From Candidatus Poriferisocius sp. (GTDB lineage: Bacteria > Actinomycetota > Acidimicrobiia > Acidimicrobiales > Bin134), in the NCBI RefSeq assembly GCF_965208355.1, contig NZ_CBDBOM010000003.1, positions 1,217,394 through 1,281,393 on the forward strand: 64,000 bases of DNA. The letters are read 5' to 3'. This document shows positions 27,535-35,700 of this stretch, one piece after another. Each line of letters starts with the position of its first letter. Positions within the stretch are counted from its first letter, which is position 1. The notes under the pieces are model-generated. The model was given only the letters and a program-made list of their open reading frames with translations, was not told the origin of the DNA and ran no database searches. The position numbers were made by a program, and so were the translations under genes.

Positions 27535-28959
27535 TTGATGGCTGCTATAGCCCTTGTTGCTGGCCTGATTGTCATTCTTCTCATCGCGCTGCTGTGGATA
27601 TCTTCCCGCTACAAGCGCTGCCCCTCCGACCGCGTGCTGGTGATCTACGGCCGGGTGGGAGGACAGGGCCAGTCGGCCCGGTGCCTCCACGGAGGCGGTG
27701 CCCTGGTGTGGCCCGTCATCCAGGGGTATGCCTTCTTGGACCTCACCCCGCTGCCGATCGAGATCAAACTCCAAGGCGCCCTGTCGCAGCAGAACATCCG
27801 GGTCAACACGCCGGCCACGTTCACGGTGGGAATCTCCACCGAGCCCGGCGTGATGCAGAACGCCGCCGAGCGGCTGTTGGGGCTGAGCCTGGAAGAGATC
27901 GAGAACCTGGCCCGAGACATCATCTTCGGCCAGATGCGGGTGGTCATCGCCACCATGCCCATCGAGGAGATCAACGCCGACCGGGAGAAGTTGATCACCA
28001 ACATCACCGAGTCGCTGGAGATCGAACTGCGCAAGGTGGGTTTGCGGCTCATCAACGTCAACATCCAGGACGTAACCGACGAGTCGGGCTACATCGACGC
28101 CCTAGGACGCGAGGCCGCCGCCCGGGCCATCAACGAGGCCAAGATCAAAGTGGCCGAACAGGAGCGCGACGGCGATATCGGCGCGGCCGAGGCCCAGCGC
28201 GAGCGGCGCATCAGGGTGGCTGAGGCAAACGCCACCGCCACCGAGGGCGAGAACGAATCGCAGGTGGTGATCGCCAACTCCGACAGCACACGCCGCCAGC
28301 AGGAGGCCGAAGCCGAGCGGGCCGCGGTCACCGCCGAGCGGGTCACGCAGGCCCGTGCGGCCGAAGAGTCGTTTGCCGCTGAAGGGCAGGCCGAGCAGGC
28401 CCGTGCTTCCCGTGACAAGGCCTCGCAGGAAGCCGACATCGTGGTGCCCGCCGAGGTGGAGCGCGAGCGGGTCCGCACGCTGGCTGAGGCCGAGGCCGAC
28501 CGCATCAGGCTGGTGAAGGGAGGCGAGGCCGACGGTCAGCGCTTGCTCATGGAAGCCGAGGCACTGGGCTTGCTGGCCCTGCTCACCCGCCGGGCCGAGG
28601 GTCTCGGTGCGCTGGTGAACAACGCCGGTGGCAATCCTCAGCTGGCTGCCCTGCTGCTGGTTGCCGAACAGATGCCCAACCTGGTGGCCGAGCAAGTGAA
28701 GGCCATCTCCAATCTGAAGATCGACCAGGTCACGGTGTGGGACTCCGGCGGCAGCGACGGCAGGACTGGCAACAGCACCGCCAACTTCCTATCCGGCCTG
28801 GCCAGCTCCCTGCCGCCGATCCACGACCTGGCCGCCCAGGTCGGCATCAAGCTGCCCGCCTACCTAGGTGAGCTCGACGATGAGTCCGCCCTCGAGCGAC
28901 TGCGTGAAATCGCCGACCAACTCGACCAGCCCAGCACCGAGGACTCACCGGGCGAGTAG
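27535..28959 (+). CDS. flotillin / SPFH-domain protein (YqiK-like)
   Basis: 474 aa with an N-terminal TM, an SPFH body and a long Ala/Glu-rich coiled-coil region (AEAQRERRIRVAEANA...). Confidence 0.85.
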   Translation: MMAAIALVAGLIVILLIALLWISSRYKRCPSDRVLVIYGRVGGQGQSARCLHGGGALVWPVIQGYAFLDLTPLPIEIKLQGALSQQNIRVNTPATFTVGISTEPGVMQNAAERLLGLSLEEIENLARDIIFGQMRVVIATMPIEEINADREKLITNITESLEIELRKVGLRLINVNIQDVTDESGYIDALGREAAARAINEAKIKVAEQERDGDIGAAEAQRERRIRVAEANATATEGENESQVVIANSDSTRRQQEAEAERAAVTAERVTQARAAEESFAAEGQAEQARASRDKASQEADIVVPAEVERERVRTLAEAEADRIRLVKGGEADGQRLLMEAEALGLLALLTRRAEGLGALVNNAGGNPQLAALLLVAEQMPNLVAEQVKAISNLKIDQVTVWDSGGSDGRTGNSTANFLSGLASSLPPIHDLAAQVGIKLPAYLGELDDESALERLREIADQLDQPSTEDSPGE

Positions 28960-28971
28960 ACCAAGCTAACT

Positions 28972-28986
28972 CTGGCGCCCACGGCA
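28972..28986. repeat. 15-nt direct repeat of the tRNA-Arg 3-prime end (att-like)
   Basis: The string ctggcgcccacggca is identical to 35698-35712. It begins 13 nt after the flotillin stop codon. Confidence 0.8.
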
Positions 28987-29093
28987 CCGGGCAGCCCTCC
29001 GCAGCCGCCCGGTTCAGTGAAGGGAATCCAATGCACTCAGCCGGGTCGCTGGAACTTTGTTGGCTGTCTGAATAGCCCTTAGCCTGCCGACCT

Positions 29094-31115
29094 ATGCCCG
29101 CCCCATACAGCCTGTTCAATCAGCGTCTTCCAATGGGCGTGGTTGCTGTGCTCGCAGTCGTGGTGGGCTTGTTGGTGTCGCATCTCGGCGTTGTTGGGGC
29201 TAGCGCGCAACCTGAACCCGAGTCCCAGCCCACTCCCCAAGATATTCAACACCGCGACCAGCTAATCGCCAACCAGGAGAACCTGCTGAACACTTACCGG
29301 TGCATGTTCGGGGTTGATGTCGACGCGGTCCCGGGGCAGTGCCCGAACCCCATGGTCGTCTCCCCCGGAGCCACGCCAGTAAGCCCCACCCAACAAGACC
29401 TGGCGGTGCGCGACCGGCTCATCGCCGATCAAGAAGATCTGCTCAACGTCTACCGCTGCCGTTTCGACGTCGACACCCAACTCGTACCCGGCGGCTGCAC
29501 TGACCAACCCGACCCCCAACCAACCGGCCAACCAGCAGCCGGATTTATCGCCATCTCAGCTGGCGGCGACCATTCGTGCGGAATCAGAATCGACCAAACC
29601 GCCGTCTGCTGGGGCCACAACGGTCTCGGGCAGGCGGACGCGCCCGCAGGCGCGTTCACTGCCATCTCCGCCGGCGGCGGCCATTCGTGCGGGATCAGGG
29701 CCGACCAAACCGCCGTCTGCTGGGGCCACAACAGTCACGGGCAGGCGGACGCGCCCGCAGGCGCGTTCACCGCCATCTCCGCCGGCAGCGGCCATTCGTG
29801 TGGGATCAGGGCCGACCGCACCGCCGTCTGCTGGGGCAATGGCAACTCCGGGCAGGCGGACGCGCCCGCAGGCGCGTTCACTGCCATCTCAGCTGGCGGC
29901 GGCCATTCGTGCGGGATCAGGGCCGACCGCACCGCCGTCTGCTGGGGCCACAACGGTCACGGGCAGGCGGACGCGCCCGCAGGCGCGTTCACCGCCATCA
30001 CAGCTGGCGGCGGCCATTCGTGCGGAATCAGAACCGACAGCGCCGCAGAATGCTGGGGCCACAACGATGACCTTGACTATGGGCAGGCGGACGCGCCCGC
30101 AGGCGCGTTCACCGCCATCTCCGCCGGTAGCGTCCACTCGTGCGGGATCAGAGCCGACAACACCGCAGAATGCTGGGGCTCCAACGCTCTCTGGCAGGCG
30201 GACGCGCCCGCAGGCGCGTTCACCGCCATCTCCGCCGCCACCGGCCATTCGTGTGGGATCAGAGCCGACCGCACCGCCGTCTGCTGGGGCCACAACGGCT
30301 TCGGGGAGGCCGATGCGCCCGCAGGCGCGTTCACTGCCATCTCCGCCGGCGGCGTCCATTCGTGCGGAATCAGAACCGACAACACCGCAGAATGCTGGGG
30401 GGACCGTTACAAACTCGATCGCTCCGAGGTAGACGCGCCCGCAGGCGCGTTCACCGCCATCTCCGCCGGCGGCAAACATGCCTGCGGGATCCGGGTCGAC
30501 AACACCGCAGAATGCTGGAGCTACAACTTTCACGGGCAGGCGGACGCGCCCGCAGGCGCGTTCACCGCCATCTCCGCCGGCGGCCATTCGTGCGGGATCA
30601 GAGCCGACAACACCGCAGAATGCTGGGGCTCCAACGCTGTCGGGCAGGCGGACGCGCCCGCAGGCGCGTTCACCGCCATCTCCGCCGCCACCGGCCATTC
30701 GTGTGGGATCAGAGCCGACAACACCGCCGTCTGCTGGGGCCACAACTTTCACGGGCAGGCGGACGCGCCCGCAGGCGCGTTCACTGCCATCTCCGCCGGC
30801 GGCAACCATGCCTGCGGGATCAGGGCCGACCGCACCGCCGTCTGCTGGGGCCACAACAGTCACGGGCAGGCGGACGCGCCCGCAGGCGCGTTCACCGCCA
30901 TCTCCGCCGGCGGCGGCCATTCGTGCGGGATCAGGGCCGACCGCACCGCCGTCTGCTGGGGCAATGGCAACTCCGGGCAGGCGGACGCGCCCGCAGGCGC
31001 GTTCACTGCCATCTCAGCTGGCGGCGGCCATTCGTGTGGGATCAGGGCCGACCGCACCGCCGTCTGCTGGAACTGGACGACGAACCTTCCGGCAGGCGTT
31101 TCCTGGGTGTTTTGA
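29094..31115 (+). CDS. secreted RCC1-like beta-propeller repeat protein (14 near-identical blades) with N-terminal Cys-pair modules
   Basis: Signal peptide MGVVAVLAVVVGLLVSHLGVVGASAQP. This is followed by 2x the RDxLI..YRC..VPGxC module and a Pro/Gln linker. Fourteen units GQADAPAGAFTAISAGGGHSCGIRADRTAVCWGHNxH follow. Confidence 0.82.
   Translation: MPAPYSLFNQRLPMGVVAVLAVVVGLLVSHLGVVGASAQPEPESQPTPQDIQHRDQLIANQENLLNTYRCMFGVDVDAVPGQCPNPMVVSPGATPVSPTQQDLAVRDRLIADQEDLLNVYRCRFDVDTQLVPGGCTDQPDPQPTGQPAAGFIAISAGGDHSCGIRIDQTAVCWGHNGLGQADAPAGAFTAISAGGGHSCGIRADQTAVCWGHNSHGQADAPAGAFTAISAGSGHSCGIRADRTAVCWGNGNSGQADAPAGAFTAISAGGGHSCGIRADRTAVCWGHNGHGQADAPAGAFTAITAGGGHSCGIRTDSAAECWGHNDDLDYGQADAPAGAFTAISAGSVHSCGIRADNTAECWGSNALWQADAPAGAFTAISAATGHSCGIRADRTAVCWGHNGFGEADAPAGAFTAISAGGVHSCGIRTDNTAECWGDRYKLDRSEVDAPAGAFTAISAGGKHACGIRVDNTAECWSYNFHGQADAPAGAFTAISAGGHSCGIRADNTAECWGSNAVGQADAPAGAFTAISAATGHSCGIRADNTAVCWGHNFHGQADAPAGAFTAISAGGNHACGIRADRTAVCWGHNSHGQADAPAGAFTAISAGGGHSCGIRADRTAVCWGNGNSGQADAPAGAFTAISAGGGHSCGIRADRTAVCWNWTTNLPAGVSWVF
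29530..31075 (+). repeat. in-frame tandem array of ~111-bp units (108-123 bp) inside the RCC1-like gene
   Basis: The motif caggcggacgcgcccgcaggcgcgttcac recurs at 29631, 29742, 29853, 29964, 30084 and onward. Blades 1-3 are nearly identical to blades 11-13, and blades 5-6 to blades 9-10. Confidence 0.9.
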
Positions 31116-31344
31116 GCCCAGAAGCGTCGGCGGGGATGAGGCCCCGAGAGCGAGTCGAGAATTTGGAGCGCACGCGGATTGAACCTCGCCGGGCATTGCG
31201 CAGGCTCTCAAGATCCCTGGGTTTGGTGGAGTGGCGATGTTGGAGTCACGCTGCCATTTCCGACGCTCACATGAGAAGGCCATTGTGGGGTTGACCTGGG
31301 AAGTTCGGGGGGAATGTGTCACTGGGGCCGGTATAATTTCATCC

Positions 31345-32583
31345 ATGGAAGTTGCGTTGAACCCCGGTGCAAAGCCTGGAACGAACGGCGCTGGTGCGGG
31401 TTTTGGTTTCCCGGATTTCTCTGAGGCAGGCGCTTCGGAGTTGTTGGGGTTGATGGGCGAGGCTGATCTGTTTCGCCGCCGGGCCGAGGGCTATCTGGTC
31501 GGCCTTGTGGTCCGCTACGGCGAGTTGGAGGGCCCGGGCGCGGCGGCGACGGTGTGCCATCAGCTCGGTATCAGCGCCTACCGGGCCCGCCGGCTGGCCA
31601 AGACGGCCCAGGGTGTCGCGGTCATGCCCCAGTTACTGGACGCCGTGCAAGACGGGCGCATCTCCGCCGACCATGCCGGGCTGGTGGCCGAGTCGCACAA
31701 GCGGGCGCCGATGAGCAAACAAGACCAACAAGAGCTGTTGGCGCTGGGTGGCTGGCAGGGCCACGACAATTTCAAGAAGACAGTCGCTGCCCGCGAAGAC
31801 CAGCGCCGCGCCGACGACGGGATGGGACGCACCGAGCGCCAGCGGGCTCGCCGCAGCGCCAAGGTGTTCGACGGGGCCGGTGGCATGGTTGTGCTGCACG
31901 CCGAGTTGGACCAGGAATCCGGAGAGCGGGTCAAGATCGCCCTTGGCGCCATGAGCACCAAGATGCTCGGCAACGACATCGCCTTCGACCCCATCCGCAC
32001 CTTCGAGCAGCGCAACGCCGACGCGCTGGTCGCGCTCATCACCCAACAACCCGCCGACTCCCCAAGCACAGCAGCGGCGGGCGGGCCCGGCTGCGGGATC
32101 CGACCGCAAAAGACGGTGCTGGTGATCTCCGCCGACTACGACGCCATCAACGGCCAGCTCCAAAACGCCGGGCTGATCGACGGGACGCCCATCGAGCTCG
32201 ACGAAATCCGCCGCCTCGCCTGCGACGCGCACATCGTGCCGATGATCTTCGCAGCCGACGGACAGCCCCTCTATATCGGCAGAGCCCAAAGAGCTGTCAC
32301 TAAGGCCCAAAAGCTGGCCCTGTACCGCAGAGACCGCGGCTGCGTCGGCTGCGGCATCAGACCCCAGGCCTGCGACGCCCACCACATCCAACCCTGGGAT
32401 CACAACGGGCCCACCGACATCACCAACCTCGTGCTGCTGTGCCCTCGCTGCCACACCAAAGTCCACAAACTCGGCCACACCGTCGAACACGACATCGAAA
32501 CAGGCCGATACCGCCTCCAACCCCCACCCCGACCCAGCCCCAAAACCCACCCGCCACCCGCTGAACAACTAAGAGCCGCCTAA
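31345..32583 (+). CDS. DUF222-type HNH endonuclease (REP13E12-like)
   Basis: The C-terminal motif is CVGCGIRPQACDAHHIQPWDHNGPTDITNLVLLCPRCHTKVH, with a DUF222-like N-terminal body. ATG 31345 lies 7 nt after a TATAAT (31332-31337), so the transcript may be leaderless. The ORF-track start at 31231 is less likely. Confidence 0.8.
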   Translation: MEVALNPGAKPGTNGAGAGFGFPDFSEAGASELLGLMGEADLFRRRAEGYLVGLVVRYGELEGPGAAATVCHQLGISAYRARRLAKTAQGVAVMPQLLDAVQDGRISADHAGLVAESHKRAPMSKQDQQELLALGGWQGHDNFKKTVAAREDQRRADDGMGRTERQRARRSAKVFDGAGGMVVLHAELDQESGERVKIALGAMSTKMLGNDIAFDPIRTFEQRNADALVALITQQPADSPSTAAAGGPGCGIRPQKTVLVISADYDAINGQLQNAGLIDGTPIELDEIRRLACDAHIVPMIFAADGQPLYIGRAQRAVTKAQKLALYRRDRGCVGCGIRPQACDAHHIQPWDHNGPTDITNLVLLCPRCHTKVHKLGHTVEHDIETGRYRLQPPPRPSPKTHPPPAEQLRAA

Positions 32584-32621
32584 TCACCCGCCCCGACACG
32601 GCCACGATTGATTGCAGCTGA

Positions 32622-32773
32622 GGACCAACGAATTCGCGATCCAGCCCCGCCAATTTCCTCTCTGGCCTGGCCATCTCTCTGACACCCATCCACGACCTTG
32701 TCGCCCAAGTGGGGGTCAAGTTGCCCGCCTACTTCGGCGAGGCGCCCGACTCAGTGGCGGACCTTCACGTCTA
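32622..32773 (+). pseudogene. 3-prime remnant of a flotillin paralogue
   Basis: The frame reads ...ANFLSGLAISLTPIHDLVAQVGVKLPAYFGE...; flotillin residues encoded at 28779-28872 read ANFLSGLASSLPPIHDLAAQVGIKLPAYLGE. A ~93-nt DNA alignment is roughly 75-80% identical by eye. An in-frame stop lies at 32619-32621 and there is no upstream body. Confidence 0.75.
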
Positions 32774-32820
32774 GCCAAGACGCAAAGGCCCTCCGATAGG
32801 GGCGTGATACCGTCGCTTGC

Positions 32821-33291
32821 GTGGGGTCTCCTTTGAACAGACGCATGGCTGTCGTCATGTGCTGGTTAGCGGGGCTGTCCGCCCTGCTTGCTGCCATCGG
32901 AGCACTTCTGCCCTGGGCGACTGTTGAGGGTCCCATATCCGACTTCTTCGTTGAGGACTCCGACACGCCGGAGACCACAGTGCTGGTCGGCGCGGCGGTT
33001 GGCGCTGTGTCTGCGGCCGCGTTCGCGCAGTGGAGAAAGAGGATGATCGCCGCGCTGGGCCTGCTGGCTGGGCTGGTGATCACTTTGGTCGGCGCGATCA
33101 ATCTCGCCGAGGGCGGGGTTGACGCCCCGGACTTCATGGACACATCGCCGGAGCCGGGGCTCTATATGGTCGTGGTCGGCGGTGCCGTCTTGGCCGTTTC
33201 CTCGGGGTATCTCACCATCAAGAGGCAATCGAGTAAGCCGGTAGGCGAAGGCGGCGAACACTTGATCGGCGGCGAAGGCTCAGACGGCTAG
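32821..33291 (+). CDS. hypothetical membrane protein (about 4 TM segments)
   Basis: 156 aa with hydrophobic stretches WLAGLSALLAAIGALL, VLVGAAVGAVSAAAF, AALGLLAGLVITLVGAI and MVVVGGAVLAVSSGYL. The start is GTG 32821 or ATG 32845. Confidence 0.5.
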   Translation: MGSPLNRRMAVVMCWLAGLSALLAAIGALLPWATVEGPISDFFVEDSDTPETTVLVGAAVGAVSAAAFAQWRKRMIAALGLLAGLVITLVGAINLAEGGVDAPDFMDTSPEPGLYMVVVGGAVLAVSSGYLTIKRQSSKPVGEGGEHLIGGEGSDG

Positions 33292-33337
33292 CTCTGCGGC
33301 TGATTCGGACTCGCTGGGAGTCCGGAGTCGGGCTGTC

Positions 33338-34372
33338 TCAACTGCATTCAGGCAAGTACTCGTGCCACTCTTGGGTGCGGTCGTCGGCTGTTGGCGGAGG
33401 CGGGGGCACCTCAAGGTCGGCGTTGGGTTCATAGGCGACCCGAGTTGCCAAGATCATTTCGGCGGATCCAAATATCTCCATTGCTTCTTGGCGTTCTTGT
33501 TCGCTGAATTCGGCGCTGAAGCTCTCGGACTCGGCAAGGCCGGCAAAGATGCCCGAGTAGTCTTCCGTGGTCCACAGAACGCTCAGCAGACCCTGCCGGT
33601 CAAGCTCGATCACCACCTCAGCGGTGTTGGTCTCAAAGACCCGGATAAAGAGCTCGGTCAGCTCATCGAGATCTTCTGGGGAGGAAGCCATCTCCAGAGA
33701 GGCGGCTTCGCAACGAGCCTCATTTTCAACGTTGCCGCCCAATGCCTCGATGAGCTTCGCCGACGTGGTTGTGCCGACAAAGGTGGGGGGATCATCAGAC
33801 GTCTGCTCAATCGTGATCAACGCCGCGGGAAGGCTCACCGCCATCTCGCTCAAATCGGGACTTGAAGAACCCGCAACTGCATGCATGAGTTCAGAGCCTT
33901 CTGCCTCAAGGGAGGCCAGGTCGACGAAGAACACCCCCGGCTCCATGTACCCCATATCGGCATCAGGTTCTGCGTCGGCCAGCGGCTGAAGGGCCGTGGT
34001 GTCCATCACGATCCGATCTTGGTCGAGCCACATCTCAAATTCGAGATCGTCCCATTCACCTAGCGGGAATCCGAACACCGACTCAAGCAACGTCGATAGA
34101 TCGATCCTGCAGTATTCCCTATCGGAGCTCACCTCACACACAAATGCGGGACTCCCCTCGTCGAGTCCAGAGGAAAGCTCGACTCCCGCAATCTTCAACT
34201 GCAGACCGACTGATAAAGACTCCCTATAACTGGACGCCTCCGCGGTATCAGCCAGCGCCGCGCTCAGCAACCCGATTGTGGTCACGCTGGTGTCGTCGGT
34301 GCCCCTACCGCATCCCGCGGCGAGCAGCCCAACGGCAATCACCCCGGCCAGCGTCCTCCGAATCCAAATCAT
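33338..34372 (-). CDS. acidic lipoprotein, function unknown
   Basis: 344 aa, MIWIRRTLAGVIAVGLLAAGCG with an LAAGC lipobox. The gene has lower GC (single-line counts ~52%). Confidence 0.6.
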   Translation of the reverse strand: MIWIRRTLAGVIAVGLLAAGCGRGTDDTSVTTIGLLSAALADTAEASSYRESLSVGLQLKIAGVELSSGLDEGSPAFVCEVSSDREYCRIDLSTLLESVFGFPLGEWDDLEFEMWLDQDRIVMDTTALQPLADAEPDADMGYMEPGVFFVDLASLEAEGSELMHAVAGSSSPDLSEMAVSLPAALITIEQTSDDPPTFVGTTTSAKLIEALGGNVENEARCEAASLEMASSPEDLDELTELFIRVFETNTAEVVIELDRQGLLSVLWTTEDYSGIFAGLAESESFSAEFSEQERQEAMEIFGSAEMILATRVAYEPNADLEVPPPPPTADDRTQEWHEYLPECS

Positions 34373-34398
34373 CTACGCAGACGCTACTACCGCCTAAA

Positions 34399-34411
34399 GC
34401 GCCCACGGCAG
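34399..34411. repeat. 13-nt copy of the tRNA-Arg 3-prime end; left target-site duplication of the IS element
   Basis: The string gcgcccacggcag is identical to 35701-35713. Confidence 0.8.
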
Positions 34412-35700
34412 TGTGTTGGTTCAGGACATAGGAACCTTATGTCGCGAGACATAGGAACATCGCGGCGGCGGTCCAGGGTGGGGGATGTCGAGGGCCCGCT
34501 TGGTGATCACCGCTGTCGTTGTCGAGGGGCGCACGCACGCCGATGTCGCCGCCCAGTACGGCCTTTCGAGGTCATGGGTCACCCGTTTGGTCGCCCGGTA
34601 CCGCGCCGAGGGGCCTGCCGCGTTCGAGGCCCGGTCCCGGCGCCCCAACACCACACCGACAGCGATTTCGCCCGAGGTTGTGGAGCTGGTCGTGAACCTG
34701 CGCTCAGAGCTCGCCGCACAAGGGCTCGACGCCGGGCCGCACACCATCTGCTGGCACCTCGCCCAGCGCCACCAGATCACCGTGTCGCCGGCCACGGTCC
34801 GGCGCCGCCTCGTCGAGCTCGGCCTCGTCGAGGCCAACCCCAAAAAGCGGCCCCGATCGTCCTACACACGCTTCGAAGCCGATCTGCCCAACGAGTGCTG
34901 GCAGTCCGACTTCTGCCGCTGGGCGCTCGCCGACGGCTCGACTGTCGAGGTCATCACCTGGCTCGACGACTGCTCCCGCTACGCCCTGTCGGTCACCGCC
35001 CACCGGCGCATCACCGGCCCCATCGCGGCGGCCACATTCGACCACACGTGCGCTGACCACGGCATTCCCGCCTCCACGCTCACCGACAACGCCATGGTCT
35101 ACACCACCCGCCTCTCCGGCGGGAAAGGCGGCCGCAACGCCCTGGAGTCCCGCCTCGCGGCCCTCGGCGTCGCCCAGAAGAACTCCAAGCCCAACTGCCC
35201 CACCACCTGCGGCAAAGTCGAGCGATTCCAGCAAACCCTCAAGAAATGGCTCAAAGCCCGAACCCCGCCCCACAGCCTCGACCAGCTCCAAACCCAGATC
35301 GACGAATTCACCCGCACCTACAACCACCACCGCCCCCACCGATCCCTCGGACGCTCAACCCCAGCCGCCGCCTACACCCGACTCCCCAAAGCCACACCCC
35401 ACCAAAACAGCGACAGAACCCACTACCGCGTCCGACGCGACCGCATCGACAAATCCGGCACCGTCACCATCCGCCACAACGGCAAACTCCACCACATCGG
35501 CATCGGCCGAGCCCACAAACACACCCCCGTCATCCTCCTAGTCGACGGCACCCACACCAGAGTCATCGACCACACCACCGGCGAACTCCTACGACAACCC
35601 CACCTCGACCCCACACGCGACCACCAACCCCGCCACAAGAACTGACAAACACCCCGCCGCGCAGGTTCACAAGGTTCCTATGTCTCGCGACATCACACTG
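34409..35700 (+). mobile_element. IS481-family insertion sequence (~1.29 kb)
   Basis: The termini are CAGTGTG...CACACTG. The right-end 27-nt inverted repeat is cagtgtgatgtcgcgagacataggaac (reverse complement of 35674-35700). The left copy matches it but is interrupted by a 23-nt internal duplication at 34416-34438. A single DDE transposase ORF is present, and gcgcccacgg flanks both ends. Confidence 0.8.
34485..35645 (+). CDS. IS481-family transposase (HTH + DDE integrase core)
   Basis: 386 aa with an N-terminal HTH (HADVAAQYGLSRSWVTRLVARYR) and an rve-like core (WQSDFCRW...TDNAMVYT...KPNCPTTCGKVERF). Confidence 0.88.
   Translation: MSRARLVITAVVVEGRTHADVAAQYGLSRSWVTRLVARYRAEGPAAFEARSRRPNTTPTAISPEVVELVVNLRSELAAQGLDAGPHTICWHLAQRHQITVSPATVRRRLVELGLVEANPKKRPRSSYTRFEADLPNECWQSDFCRWALADGSTVEVITWLDDCSRYALSVTAHRRITGPIAAATFDHTCADHGIPASTLTDNAMVYTTRLSGGKGGRNALESRLAALGVAQKNSKPNCPTTCGKVERFQQTLKKWLKARTPPHSLDQLQTQIDEFTRTYNHHRPHRSLGRSTPAAAYTRLPKATPHQNSDRTHYRVRRDRIDKSGTVTIRHNGKLHHIGIGRAHKHTPVILLVDGTHTRVIDHTTGELLRQPHLDPTRDHQPRHKN

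Noticed and set aside
28986-29013. Hairpin ACCGGGC-N14-GCCCGGT after the flotillin gene, considered as an intrinsic terminator.
   Set aside because: The loop is large, no U-tract follows, and the hairpin overlaps the att-like repeat. The evidence is too weak for a feature call.
29530-31075. Regular ~111-bp periodic repeats that a repeat finder might flag as a CRISPR-like array.
   Set aside because: The units are contiguous with no unique spacers, are in frame and encode propeller blades. No cas genes or leader are present.
29576-31294. Several long alternative-frame and antisense ORFs across the second RCC1-like gene (29576-30070, 29800-30432, 30140-31294, 30478-31182 and minus-strand 29889-30920).
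   Set aside because: They are Arg/Pro/Ala-rich translations of the same GC-rich 111-bp repeats. Their periodicity simply mirrors the repeat. Only the frame starting at 29094 gives a signal peptide, the shared N-terminal module and RCC1-type blades.
31291-31337. TTGACC (31291-31296) plus TATAAT (31332-31337) considered as a sigma-70 type promoter for the HNH gene.
   Set aside because: The spacing is about 35 nt, far from the 16-19 nt optimum. Only the -10-like box close to ATG 31345 is retained, as a weak hint of a leaderless transcript.
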